The notes beneath the pieces were generated by a model that worked only from the letters and a program-made list of their open reading frames with translations, was not told the origin of the DNA and ran no database searches. Positions 37,597 through 49,912 of a stretch of 64,000 nt of DNA are shown one piece after another. The stretch covers positions 10,046,001 through 10,110,000 of the forward strand of contig CM075989.1 of the NCBI GenBank assembly GCA_038087875.1, read 5' to 3'. The stretch comes from Malacoraja senta (taxonomy: Eukaryota). Both the position numbers and the translations under genes were made by a program. The number at the start of each line of letters is the position of its first letter. Position 1 is the first letter of the stretch.

Positions 37597-38679
37597 TGCT
37601 CGTTACCCGTACGCCGATACTGAAGAAGGATCTTTGACCTGAAGTGCCCACTCCGTTTCTCTTCACTCTGATATTGACAGACACGTTGGGAGCATCCAGC
37701 ATTCCCTGATCTTGCTTTGGATTTGCAGCAACTACAGTTTTTCACTTCGGAAACTTTTGGCTTCAACAGCACCTCAGGTCAAATTAACCCCAGGTCCCAC
37801 AAGGTGAGAGCCGAGGGCAAAATGACTGCGCCAACTTCTCCGCAAACCGTGCCATTTGGGACGAGCGGCCAATGCATCCCCTCGAGTCGGGAGAGTCAGT
37901 TCAACTTACCCGACTAACTGCGATTACATGCTTTATGCTTACCTCATGCTGGCTAAAGATCGCAAACAAACCTCACACAGAAGGATTTAACAAGCAAAGA
38001 AAAAAAATAATAAGAGAGTTCTCACACCAGGGACCGTGGCTTTGACGGCAGCCCAGACAGACGAAACAGGATTCTTTTCATAAAAGGCACTCGGAGCTTT
38101 GACCTTTCCCCCAACTGGGTCAGAGCCAGCACTCAGAACAAAGCAACTCTCACAACAACACTCCACAAAACCTCTCTCTCCTCTCACCGTTCCTGGAGAA
38201 ACACTTTTGCTTAAACAAAGAAACACACAGAAGATTACAGGCAAATGATATCAGATCTTTCTATCATCCCCAATGCAAAAAGTAAACAGCAACCAGACTC
38301 AAATGGAGAACCAACTTGTACCCTTGATCACCAGAGAGTAAGTGGCCCCATCACTTTGGTGGTGCAGCCCGCTTGCTGGGTGAGCAATCGAGACCGCTTG
38401 CGTGTGTGTGTGTGTGCCTGTGCGAGTAACTGTGCACTTGGGAATCTTCCCAGATGATCTCTTCCAATTCTCCCCTTTTGTACGTAGTCAGTTTCCATTC
38501 CCAACTGGTCTTCAGCTGCCTTGATCCAAAACCTTAGAATTCACTACCTAAACCTCTGTTGTTTCTCTTTCAAACATACTCATTAACATCTGCCTCGGTG
38601 CTCATCTAAATATTCCTTTCCGTAAAAGAGTGGCTAATTTTTAGGGCCTCACTCTGTTCTCCCTCATGAACAGAGTGAG

Positions 38680-38973
38680 GCCCACCGTAAATTGGAGGAG
38701 CAGCATCTCATATTTCGCTTGTGTAGTTTACAGCCCAGCGGTATGAACATTGACTTCTCCAATTTCTGGTAGTCCCTGCTTTCTCCTTCTTCCCCCCCCC
38801 CCCCACCCCCAGCTCTCCCACAGCCCACTGTCTCCGCCTCTTCCTTTCTTCTTCCTGCCCCCCCCCCACCCCCACATCAGTCTGAAGAAGGGTCTCAACC
38901 CGAAACGTCACCCATTTCCTTCGCTCCATAGATGCTGCCTCACCCGCTGAGTTTCTCCAGCATTTTTGTCTAC
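38680..38973 (+). mobile_element. Penelope 3' fragment with pLTR (hammerhead core at 38882-38909)
   Basis: KLEEQHLIFRL...GMNIDF coding end, then CTGAAGAAGGGT-CTCA-ACCCGAAACGTC. Confidence 0.85.
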
Positions 38974-39761
38974 CGTCTAATTTTGAGATGTATTTTGAGA
39001 TATATCTTGAGATGTCTCAATACATTGTGCTGCTAATAAGTTACTGCTCATTGAAATAAATTAATTGGCTGAACTTTCCAACAGTCAAACAATGAAGACC
39101 TTCCAAAATAACCTTGCTCCTTGGTAAAGGCCAACTCATATTGCACAATGTGGCCACAGACACCAATAGTGTTTTAACTCAGTGCATGGAAGATTCAGGC
39201 TGATCTAGCTTGTCCTCAGCAGATCCAACACCTACTTTTACCTGCATGATGCAAGCATAATAGATGAAGGTCGTCTTCAATGTTATTATGTGAGCATACA
39301 AACTAGGAACAGGAGTAGATCACTCTGACCCCCAAACCTGTTTCACCATTTATTAAGATCGTGACTGCTCCAATTGTACCTTCAACACCACTTTCACTGT
39401 CTTTCCCAGGACCCTTTCATTTAAAATATATTCACCTCTGCCTTAAAAGTATTCAATAAGTACTTCCACAACCCATTGAAGATTACCTTCCAAAGAATAA
39501 GAGGTGGGCCATTTAGAACTGAGATAAGGAAAACAAAAATTCACAGAGAGTTGTGAATTTGTGGAATTTTTTGCCTCAGAAGGCACTGGATGCATACCAA
39601 AGAGAGCTAGATAGAGCTCTTAGGGCTGGCGGAATCAAGGGATATGGAGAGAAGACAAAAATGGGGTACTGATATCACATTGAATGGCAGTGCTGGCACA
39701 TACTGTATATGTATCTACAGTGTCCTCCATACTGTCTATGTATCTACAGTGCCCCCCATAA

Positions 39762-40664
39762 CGGGTCGGTGGGGGCGCTGTGAGCCGGCAGCCCTGCCAG
39801 CAACATGCTCGTTTTTTCAATTTTTTTTTGTTTTTTTAGTGTCCCAATGTGTGTTTTTAATGTCTCGCTGTGTGTCTTGTGTGGGGGGTGGTGTTGGAGG
39901 GTAAGGGGGAAACTGCTTTGGTCGCCTCCTCCACGGAGAGACGACTTTTTCCATGTCGCCTCCCCCGTGGCCTAACATCGAGGATCGGTGCGGCCTTTCC
40001 CGGAGACGCGCGCGGGGCTTCAGCGGCGGGCGCAGCGAGGACTCTTTCGTTGCGGAGCGGGCGAGCCTTCGCCGGGGGTCACCGGAGGGGAGCGCTCCGT
40101 TCGCTGGCCCGCGACAGCCTGAAGCCACGGTCTGCAGAGCTACAGCTGGCGCTGCATCCTGAGCCTGGGATCCCTCGTTGGGGACCCCAGAGGAGAAGAG
40201 CTCCGACCGCCGGCCCACGGCCAACTTCTACCGCAGGCGCGGCATGGACTTACCATCCTGAGCGGGGTCCCTCGCCGGTGATCCCTGGAGAGGCGCTCCG
40301 ACACGCCGGCCCTGCGGTCTGAGGTGCTTCTGGCTGCGGCGCGGACTTTAGATCTTCGACCTGCACCAACTTGAAGCCGCGGTCTCCAGTGGGGAGGCAC
40401 CGATTCAGGACTTACCTGGACTTACCTTGTCTGAACATCTGGACGCCCGCAGCAGCGACTGCGGAGGGTTGAGGTACCGATCACGGGGTAAAATGGAGGA
40501 GGACTGGCCAATTTTTGTGCTTTCCACCAGTGATGAATGCTGTGGGGGATGTTTGTGTTAAACTTTTATTGTGTATTGTGTGTTCTTTTTTTATTGTACC
40601 GTTGCTGGCAAATTCATTTCACTTGCACTTTATGTGCAAGTGACGATTAAAACTTGACTTGACT
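39762..40664 (+). mobile_element. GC-rich non-coding retroelement with a Rex1-type (GACTT)n tail
   Basis: Precisely splits the Tc1 TIR (ccataa|tgtttggg); has a 3' stem-loop and GACTT repeats. Confidence 0.75.
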
Positions 40665-40904
40665 TGTTTGGGACAAAGACCCATCATTTATTTATTTGCC
40701 TCTGTACACCATAATTTGAGATTTGTAACAGAAAAAAATCACATGTGGTTAAAGTGCACATTGTCAGATTTTAATAAAGGCCATTTTTATAGATTTTGGT
40801 TTCAACATGTAGAAATCACAGCAGTGTTTATACATAGTCCCCCGATTTAAGGGCACCATAATGTTTGGGACACAGCAATGTCATGTAAATGAAAGTAGTC
40901 ATGT

Positions 40905-41908
40905 TTAGTATTTTGTTGCATATCCTTTGCATGCAATGACTGCTTGACGTCTGCGATTCATGGACATCATCAGTTGCTGGGTGTCTTCCCTGGTGATGCT
41001 CTGCCAGGCCTGTATTACAGCCATCTTTAGCTCATGCATGTTTTAGGGGCTAGTCCCCTTCAGATTTCTCTTCAGCATATAAAAGGCATGCTCAATTGGG
41101 CTCAGATCGGGAGATTGACAGCCACTCAAGAATTGACTATTTTTTGCTTTGAAAAACTCCTTTGTTGCTTTAGCAGTATGTTTGGGATCATTGTCTTGCT
41201 GTAGAGTAGGCCAATGAGTTTTGAGACATTTGTTTGAACTTGAGCAGATAGGATGTGTCTATACACTTCAGAATTCATTAGTGAGTGGTAGAAGATAAGT
41301 GGGCCAGTACCTTCAGCAGCCCATACATGCCCAGGCCATAACACCCCTACCACCGTGTTTCACAGATGAGGTGGTATGCTTTGGATCTTGGGCTGTACCT
41401 TCTCTCCTCTATACTTTGCTCTTGCCATCACTCTGATACAAGTTAATCTTCATCCCATCTGTCCACAAGGCCTTTTTCCAGAACTGTGGTTGATCTTTTA
41501 GGTACTTCTTGGCAAACTGTAACTGGCCATCCTATTTTTGCGGCAAACTAGTGGTTTGCATCTTGCAGTGTAACCTCTGTAGTTCTGTTCATGAAGTCTT
41601 CTGCGGCAGTGGTCATTGACAAATCCACACCTGACTCCTGAAGAGTGTTTCTGATCTGTCGGACAGGTGTTTGGGGATTTTTCTTTATTATAGAGAGAAT
41701 TCTTCTGTCATCAGCTGTGGAGGTCTTCCTTGGCCTGCCAGTCCCTTTGCGATTAGTAAGCTCACCAGTGCTCTATTTTCTTAATGATGTTCCAAACAGT
41801 TGATTTTGGTAAGCCTAAGGTTTGACTGATGTCTCTAACAGTTTTATTCTTGTTTCTCAGTCTCATAATAGCTTCTTTGACTTTCATTGGCACAACTTTG
41901 ATCCTCAT
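40905..41908 (-). pseudogene. Frameshifted Tc1 transposase
   Basis: Starts MRIKVVPMKVKEAIMRLRNKNKTVRDISQTLGLPKSTVWNIIKK (HTH) and ends QAVIACKGYATKY*. Confidence 0.88.
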
Positions 41909-42801
41909 GTTGATAAACAGCAATAAAAGTTTCCAAAGTTGATGGAAAGACTGGAGGAAAGACTAGGTGCTGAGAGCTCTCTTATACCTGCATTAAGGAG
42001 GCAATTAAACACACCTGAGCAATTACAAACGCCTGTGAAGCCATGTGTCCCAAACATTATGGTGCCCTGAAATGGGGGGGGGGGGGGGCACAACTATGTC
42101 TAAACACAGCTGTAATTTCTACATAGTGAAACCAAAAATATATAAAAATGGCCTTTAATAAAATCTGACAATGTGCACTTTAACCACATGTGGGTTTTTT
42201 TCTATTACAAATCTCAAATTGTGGAATACAGAGGGAAATAAATAAATAATGGGTCTTTGTCCCAAACATTATGGAGGGCACTGTATGTATCTATGTATCA
42301 ACAACCTTCAGGAGGAAGAATTTCTCATGTGTGAGGAGAAATCTTAAAATGGGCGATTCTTGATTTTTAGTTAAACAATGACGTCAAGTTTGCGATATAC
42401 CCAATAAGGTGAACCATCTTCTCCACAGCCAACCTGTCAAGAATATTTAGGATTTTATATTTCAAATCGAGTTCCCTCACTTTTCTAAACCCTAGTGGAC
42501 CCAAGCCAAGACTGTCCAATTCTCACAAGGCAATCTATATATTCCATTACTGTTCTTCACATAGAACACAAGATTCCCGCTGGTTACCTCGAACCTTAGC
42601 TAACCCCGAGGTAACCAGGCTCAGTCAATGCTTTAGAGCATCTCATGTTGATTAATCCAAGCAAATATGACGCCTGGCATACTCCATTTAATGTTCCCAA
42701 GTCATAAAGCATGGATAAAACCAGGAAAGAAGCTTTTCCTTGCAACTTCCAGCCATCCACAACCTGGCCCTAAATCTGCCACCTTCCCATTTTGTTTTTA
42801 G

Positions 42802-43710
42802 TAATAATAATAATAATAATGAATTGTATTTACGGGCGCCTTATACCGAGGTCTCAAGGACACCTTACAGAGATTTATAGCAAACATATAATCAGAATTA
42901 AAAAAAATAAGTTATAAAGACCAATACACAAATCAGGGACAGAATTCCTTCCAAAAACACATAAAAGAAAATCAGAAGCACAATTTGAGGAGAGAGCAGC
43001 GGCAACGAAACCGCGCCAGCGTCCACTCTCCCCTCCGACCGCCATCTTGAACACAGACTAACAAATACAATTACAAACAATTACATACAAAAATCATCCC
43101 CCCACAATGATTTCCACTGTGGGGGAAGGCACAATGTCCAGTCCCCAGCCCCAGTTCACCCAAAAAAGTCAGGCCAAATGAAGACCCCGCTATTGCCTCT
43201 ACGGAGGCCCGATGATCCTGGCTGTTCTCGCCGGGTGATGTAGCCCCGGCGTCGGGAGAGTCTTCGAGCAGCTGGGCCACCTGGAACGGCCACATCCCTC
43301 ACCGGAGGCCGTAACTACGGCTGGAACGGCAGATTTCCCGCAGGCGTCCGCAGCACCTGAAGCCAACAAGGCCGCGCCGATTTGGAGCTCAAGGCTCCCG
43401 GTTTTGGAGTCGGTGTCGCCGCCCGCGGATGGTCGCTCCAGTCCCGCAGCCCGGAGGTGTTGAGCTCGGCGGTCCAGCTCACCGGAGCTCCAGCGCGTCG
43501 GTCCAGCGCGGCGACCCAGGCAAGGCATCGCCCGCTCCGCTGCACAATAGCGCTCCAGCGCCGTGCCGCCACCGAAGCTGAGGGTGCTGTGCGGTCCCCG
43601 CCAGGAAACGCCGCTCCACACCCGCTGGTAGGCCGCGAGGACGGGTCGACTGGGCAGCCAGAGAGAAGGCTGCCTCACCGACCAGGTAGGGACCGGGAAG
43701 TGATTTCTCC
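42802..43710 (-). mobile_element. GC-rich non-coding retroelement with an (ATT)n tail
   Basis: CpG-rich body; the segment gactggacattgtgccttcccccacagtgg resembles 40500-40550; (AAT)n at the left end. Confidence 0.65.
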
Positions 43711-44139
43711 TTGATCCCCCCACATCAAGAACAGGCTGTGTCAAGAAGAGACCCATTCAATGACTGCACAAACCTCAAACCTACAATGCCAGGTCCGGAA
43801 AGCCTAAACACCGGCTGGTCTGCCGTGTTGACTGGACATTTGCTGGCAATAACCAACTACCCAGCACACAGAATTTTAATTTTTATCCTTGTTTTCAAAT
43901 TCTTTCCTTGATCTCACATCCCTGTAACATCTTCCAATCTGCAACCAGCCAAAAGATTTGCATCTAAAACAATTTTTTTTTAAGTGCTGGAGGAACTCAA
44001 CAGGTCAGGCAACATCTGTGGAGGGAATGACTACATGACGTTTCAGGTCGAGACCCTTCTTCAGACTTGTGTCTCCATATTTGCATCTCATTTTGTCTCT
44101 TGATCGCCACCCATTTCAATCGCTCTAGCAGGTACAGCA

Positions 44140-44458
44140 GGGTGGCGGCACAATGGTGTAAGGCAGCAGAGTGGTGTAGCAGTAGAGTTGCTGCCTTGCA
44201 GCGCTAGAGACCCAGGTTCGATCCTGACCACGGGTGCTGTCTGCACAAAGTTTGAACGTTCACCCTGTGACATGGGATTTCTCCGGGTGCTCCGGTTCCC
44301 TTCCACACTCCAAAGACATGCTGGTTTGTAGGTTAATTTGCTTTGGTAAATATTGTTAAAGTGTCCCTAGTGTGTAGGATAGTGTTAGTGTATGGGGTGA
44401 TCGCTGGTTAGCGCAGACTCAGGCCGAAGGGTCGTCTTCCACACTGTATCTCTAAAGT
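44140..44458 (+). mobile_element. HE1-like V-SINE
   Basis: tRNA head, V-domain and tail. Confidence 0.85.
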
Positions 44459-44505
44459 CTAGAGCAAAAAGGTTCTTCTGACTCGGTAAATTCCCTCGCT
44501 AAAAC

Positions 44506-45894
44506 AAGTCAAGTCAAGTCAAGTGAGTTTATTGTCATGTGTCCCTGGTAGGACAATGAAATTCTTGCTTTGCTTGAGCACAACAGAACATAGTAGGCAT
44601 TGACTACAAGGCATTCTATAAATATATACACAATGGTCAATATACTGATAAAGTGCAAATAACAGTAATGGCTAATAAAGTTCAGTGTTATGTCCGAGCC
44701 AGGTTTAATAGCCTGATGGCTGTGGGGAAGTAGCTGTTCCTGAACCTGGTCGTTGCAGTCTTCAGGCTCCTGTAACTTCTACCTGAAGGTAGTAGGGAGA
44801 TGAGTGTGTGGCCAGGATGGTGTGGGTCCTTGATGATGCTGCCAGCCTTTTTGAGGCAGCGACTGTGGTAGATCCCCTCGATGGAAGGGAGGTCAGAGCC
44901 GATGATGGACTGGGCAGTGTTTACTACTTTTTGTAGTCTTTTCCTCTCCAGGGCACTCAAGTTGCCGAACCAAGCCACGATGCAACCGGTCAGCATGCTC
45001 TCTACTGTGCACCTGTAGAAGTTAGAGAGAGTCCTCCTTGACAAACCGACTCTCCGTAATCTTCTCAGGAAGTAGAGGCGCTGATGTGCTTTCTTAATAA
45101 TGGCATCATTGTTCTCGGACCAGGAAAGATCTTCAGAGATGTGCACGCCCAGGAATTTGAAGCTCTTGACCCTTTCAACCATCGACCCGTTGATATAAAC
45201 GGGACTGTGGGTCCCCATCCTACTCCTTCCAAAGTCCACAATCAGTTCCTTGGTTTTGCTGGTGTTGAGGGCCAGGTTGTTGTGCTGGCACCATATGGAC
45301 AGTTGCTCGATCTCTCTTCTATACTCTGACTCATCCCCATCAGTGATACGTCCCACAACAGTGGTGTCATCAGCGAACTTGATGATGGAGTTCGCACTAT
45401 GTCTGGCTACGCAGTCATGAGTATAGAGTGAGTACAGCAGGGGACTGAGCACGCAGCCTTGAGGTGCTCCCGTGCTAATTGTTATAGAGTCTGACACATT
45501 TCCACCAATACGAACAGACTGTGGTCTGAGTGTGAGGAAGTCGAGGATCCAATTGCAGAGGGATGCGCAGAGACCCAGTTCTGCGAGTTTGGTAACCAGC
45601 TTGGAGGGGATGATTGTGTTAAATGCCGAGCTGTAATCGATGAATAACAGCCTGACATATGAGTTTTTGTTGTCCAAGTGGTCCAGAGCGGAGTGGAGGG
45701 CCAGCGAGATCGCATCCACCGTTGATCTGTTGTGGCGGTAAGCGAACTGCAGTGCGTCCAGGTTTTTGTCGAGGTAGGAGTTGATCTGCATCATGATCAA
45801 CCTCTCAAAGCACTTCATCGCCACAGGCGTTAGTGCCACAGGTCGATAGTCATTGAGGCACGTCACCTTACTCTTCTTGGTGACGTGCCTCAAT
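44506..45894 (-). mobile_element. 5'-truncated Rex1/Babar-like LINE with an uninterrupted RT ORF (44688-45893)
   Basis: [38 protein letters not shown] and KFLG motifs; (GACTT)n tail. Confidence 0.93.
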
Positions 45895-46814
45895 AAGTCT
45901 CCCCTACTCTGTAATTCTCTCTCCTATCTCCCTTCTTTAATCCACCCCTTCAACAAACCTATGCTCATCTCCCTCTGTGCAGTAACAACGTGGTTGAGCA
46001 TTAATTTCTATAGGATTAACTCTTCTTTGAAGCATCTTTGCCACATTAAAAAGTTGCTCTAATATCTCTGCCTGTTTCAGTAACAAAGTTTGTTTTAAAA
46101 TGATGGCCCTGGCTTTATTAAAAAGGGAAATCAAAATCAAAGATTCTAAACAAAAAAAAAGCTTTTAAAATGGAAACGTCATGGCCTCTGACAAGCTCTG
46201 GAAGTTGTCGTGACCTTCAGACGATTGTAATATCATTAATGTCACAAACGAAGTACTTTAGGAAATTGTGCAGTCTGCCTGCAAGACAAATGATTTCCCA
46301 CTGTACCATTAGCACTCCAGTGCTTTGCTGGTACTGCTCAGACTGTGTATTGCACAGAGGCCCATTCATACTGTGGGGAGGAGCTCAAAACCACTTCCTC
46401 TCCTCCACGTGTCAAAGCACGGGAGGCCAACTCGCAACCCAAGCATTAGTTATGCTGCTGCCCACTCTCACAGCACGATTCCACACCTCAGCTAGCCTCA
46501 AACAGTGGGGCGTCTCACAGCCGTAGCTCCAACCTCCTGGTCAGAGATTCAAATCCCACTCCAGAGCATAGAACCTAGGTACTCTGAGAACAGTGGTGGG
46601 GGGTACGGGGGTGCTGTCTCTCATAGGACACATTCACAGTTGGAGCCACAATGCCATACAAACGTACAAGGGGCTGTCCCGGGTGCCCTTGCTGCTGCTG
46701 CTGCTACTCATTTCTCAACTAACACTACCAACGCACATTGCATTGCCGTTTTTACCCACTGGTGTTTGTGGAAGCTTACAAAATAACTGCTGGAGTACCT
46801 AGATTAGAACAGCA

Positions 46815-47118
46815 GGGCAGCACGGTGGTGCTGTGGTAGAGTTCCTGTCTTACAGCGCCAGAGACTCGGGTTCAATCTTCACTCGGGGTGTTGTCTGGAG
46901 TTTGTACATTTTCCCCATGACCACATGGGATTTTTCTGGGTGCTCCGGTTTCCTCCCGCAATCCAAAGACGTTCAGGCGTGTAGGTTAATTGGTTTCTGT
47001 AAAAATTGTAAATTGTCCCTAGTGTGTGGGATAGTGCTTGTGTACGGGGATTGCTGGGTCGGCACGGACTTGGTGGGCCGAAAGGCCCGTTTCTCTGCTG
47101 CATCTCTAAACCAAACTA
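46815..47118 (+). mobile_element. HE1-like V-SINE
   Basis: tRNA head, V-domain and tail. Confidence 0.85.
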
Positions 47119-47539
47119 AGCACTTGCAACATACTCCCCTGGCTGTAACATGCCTCAGAATATTCGGAGGTGCTCGAGGGAGAGAAATGCATGATTTAAT
47201 TCCACCCGTGTCAGTGTTCAATTCTTTAAAATAAAACAATGCATTTGGTCACGTGCCCACAGCACCAAAAGCTTGGCAGCCACGATATACTCAAGACTAC
47301 CCTCCACAGACAGAGGACCAAGTGGTAGTTCATTCTGCAACACCAGCATTGGTCCAGGTGTATAGCCCATTGGATGGGGTTCCAAGAGTACATGCCAGAA
47401 CACAGCCCCCAGAAACCTCTTCCTCATAAACAATGTGCAGACATCATTACACAGGAAGATCCGAAACACATTGATCTATTACTCGGAAGGGGAAAACTCC
47501 CCCCCCCCCCCCACTTGCCCCACCTCGACTCGCACCCAT

Positions 47540-47835
47540 TTCCCCCCTCTCCTTCCACCTACAGTCCTTCCTCTTGCTTCACAATTCAATCCTTTTGTCT
47601 CACACCTTCTGTCTTTTTACCTCAGGCATTTGTCCAACCGTCAGCCTATCAAATAACCCTCCTCACCTCTGTCTACCTATTACCTGTGATGCTTCTTCCT
47701 ACCCCTCCCCTCTTCCAGCTTCCCTCCCTCTGCCCAATACAAGCAGTCTAAAGGGTCCCGATCCAAAACGTCACCTCTCCATGTTCTCCGGAGATGCTGC
47801 CTGACCTGCTGAGCTATTCCAGCACTTTGTGTCTT
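47540..47835 (+). mobile_element. Penelope pLTR fragment
   Basis: Pyrimidine-rich pLTR with a degenerate hammerhead motif. Confidence 0.7.
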
Positions 47836-48245
47836 ATCCTGAAGGGTTTGTTTTGGAGCGGCAACTCCCTGTTAAACAGGATAGAACATTAGCCAAGGCC
47901 TCGGGAAGAGAATTACAAACCTCACCATTGTAAATTTTCTCCTGCAACAGTTAATAAGCCAAACTTCCAATCGCAACAACCTGAACCTTTAAATGTAACA
48001 AAACATGCCGTGATGTCTCGCTGCATACGATCTTAAATAACAAAAGACAACAGAAAACAAATCACCAGTCACCCAGAGCTGTCGGTAATAAATTATTTCC
48101 CGTTCCCAATCCCACCCCAACCAGTTTGTCCTCAGCCTTCTCCACTGGCAATTGCAAACCAGAGGAACTGCACCTCGTATTCTGCCTGGGTTATGTCCAG
48201 CAGACATTGGTAGTCAATCCAGCTAATATGTTTACTGGTCCTTAT

Positions 48246-48620
48246 CAAAGATCCTATAGCGGAGCAAGATAGACCACTCCTGCTAAATGCAATGGGCTGA
48301 CGTGAAGTACGCAACGGAACGTGGGCCTTTTTTTCATCCATTTCCATAACCGGACCTGACCCAACTCGCAGTGTAATCAACGTTGCAGGGGAACAGTTTG
48401 TGCTAATAAATTAAAATTCTGAAAATGAGAAGATTTTTACCAAATAAATTTTATTTTTACGAGGATGTTTCCGTAACCGGCTTCCGTCTCCGCACTAGTA
48501 TCCTATGGGATCTTTGGTGCGGAGACGGAAGCCGGTTACGGAAATGGAGCCTTAAATTACCCATGACCGTACTACGTCTTTTTCGTCGAGTGGACTATCT
48601 TGCTCGCTATAGAATCTTTG
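48246..48620. mobile_element. Non-autonomous hAT-type DNA transposon
   Basis: ~33 bp TIRs (caaagatYctatagcg(g)agcaagatagWccactc) and an 8 bp TSD gtccttat at 48238-48245 / 48621-48628. Confidence 0.88.
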
Positions 48621-48644
48621 GTCCTTATTAAGTGAGGAACTAAG

Positions 48645-49335
48645 GCGTTGCATTTTGGGAAGTCACACTGGGATAGGATCTACAGTGAATGGCAGGGCTT
48701 TGGGGACTGTCATAACACAGAAGGATCGAGGAGTGCAGGTACACAATTTCATGAGAGTGGAGTCACAAGTAGATAGGGTGGTCAAGAAGACTTTCAGCAC
48801 ATTGGCCATCATTAGTCAGAGTATTGATCATTGAGGTTTGGAGGTCATGTTACAGATATACAAGACATTGCTGAGATCACATATTGTGTTCAGTTTTTGT
48901 CATCCTGTTATAGGAAAGATGTTTTTAAGTTGGAAAGGGTGCAGAAAAGATTTACCAAGGTGCTGCCAGGACTCAAAGGCCTGAAGTATAGAGAGAGGTT
49001 GAGCAGACTAGGACTTTATTCCTTGGAGGACAGAAGAGGGGTGATTTTACAGAAGGAGAGGAATAGATAGGCTAAATGCACAAAATCTTTTACCCCGATT
49101 GGGGGAGTCGAGAACCAGAGGACATAGGTTTAAGGTGAGGGGGACCCGAGGGGTAATTATTTTACACAAAGGGTGGTAGGTATATGGAACGTGCTGCCAG
49201 AGAAGGTAGTCAAGGCATGTACTATCACAACTTATAAAAAACATTTAGATAGGTACATGGATAGGATAGATTTAGAGTGATATGGTTGGCAAGGGCAAGT
49301 TCGCCCGAAGGGTCTGTGTCCACGCTGTAGGACTC
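48645..49335 (+). mobile_element. CR1 3' part
   Basis: YCVQF...YRKDV.KLERVQKRFTK.LPGL...LGLYSLE. Confidence 0.85.
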
Positions 49336-49446
49336 TCTCTAATCCAGCAGCAACCCCATAATTATAGAGACAAGGAACTGCTGGGTCCTAGCCCAAAACG
49401 TCACCTATCCATGTTCTCCAAAGACGCTGCCTGGCCTGCTGAGTAA

Positions 49447-49660
49447 AGGGCCTGTCCCACTTGTGCGATATTTCCGCGCCACGCAGATTACGTGCGAAGA
49501 TTTTGTACAGCCCAAAATCCTGGGGCGCGACCGCGCCACTCCCTACGTCACCACGCACGCGAAATGCTCACTTTGCGCGCGTAATGCGTACCATGCACGC
49601 GTCGTGCGTCGTGACTCGTAAATGATGTAGCGTAAATGACGCCCAAGTGGGACAGGCCCT
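49447..49660. mobile_element. PIF/Harbinger MITE inserted in a pLTR
   Basis: TIR agggcctgtcccacttg / caagtgggacaggccct; splits the host ctgag(tta)ctccagc. Confidence 0.88.
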
Positions 49661-49681
49661 TTACTCCAGCGCTCTGTTGCA

Positions 49682-49912
49682 GCCCTGCAGCTGAGTTACT
49701 CCAGTGCTTTGTTGCAGCCCTGTTGTTGCAGCCCTGCAGCTGAGTTACTCCAGTGCTTTGTTGCAGCCCTGTTGTTGCAGCCCTGCAGCTGAGTTACTCC
49801 AGTGCTTTGTTGCAGCCCTGTTGTTGCAGCCCTGCAGCTGAGTTACTCCAGTGCTTTGTTGCAGCCCTGTTGTTGCAGCCCTGCAGCTGAGTTACTCCAG
49901 CACTTTGTTGCA
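49682..49912 (+). repeat. 49 bp minisatellite, ~4.7 copies
   Basis: Unit gccctgcagctgagttactccagtgctttgttgcagccctgttgttgca starting at 49682, 49731, 49780, 49829 and 49878. Confidence 0.95.

Larger units (their letters stand above)
39747..42283 (-). mobile_element. Tc1/mariner transposon with long IR/DR-type TIRs; left TIR interrupted
   Basis: TA|CAGTGCCC...GGGCACTG|TA ends, ~220 bp TIRs and an inner repeat gggcaccataatgtttgggac. Confidence 0.92.

Noticed and set aside
49682..49912. CRISPR-like array
   Set aside because: Head-to-tail identical units with no unique spacers, in a eukaryotic context.
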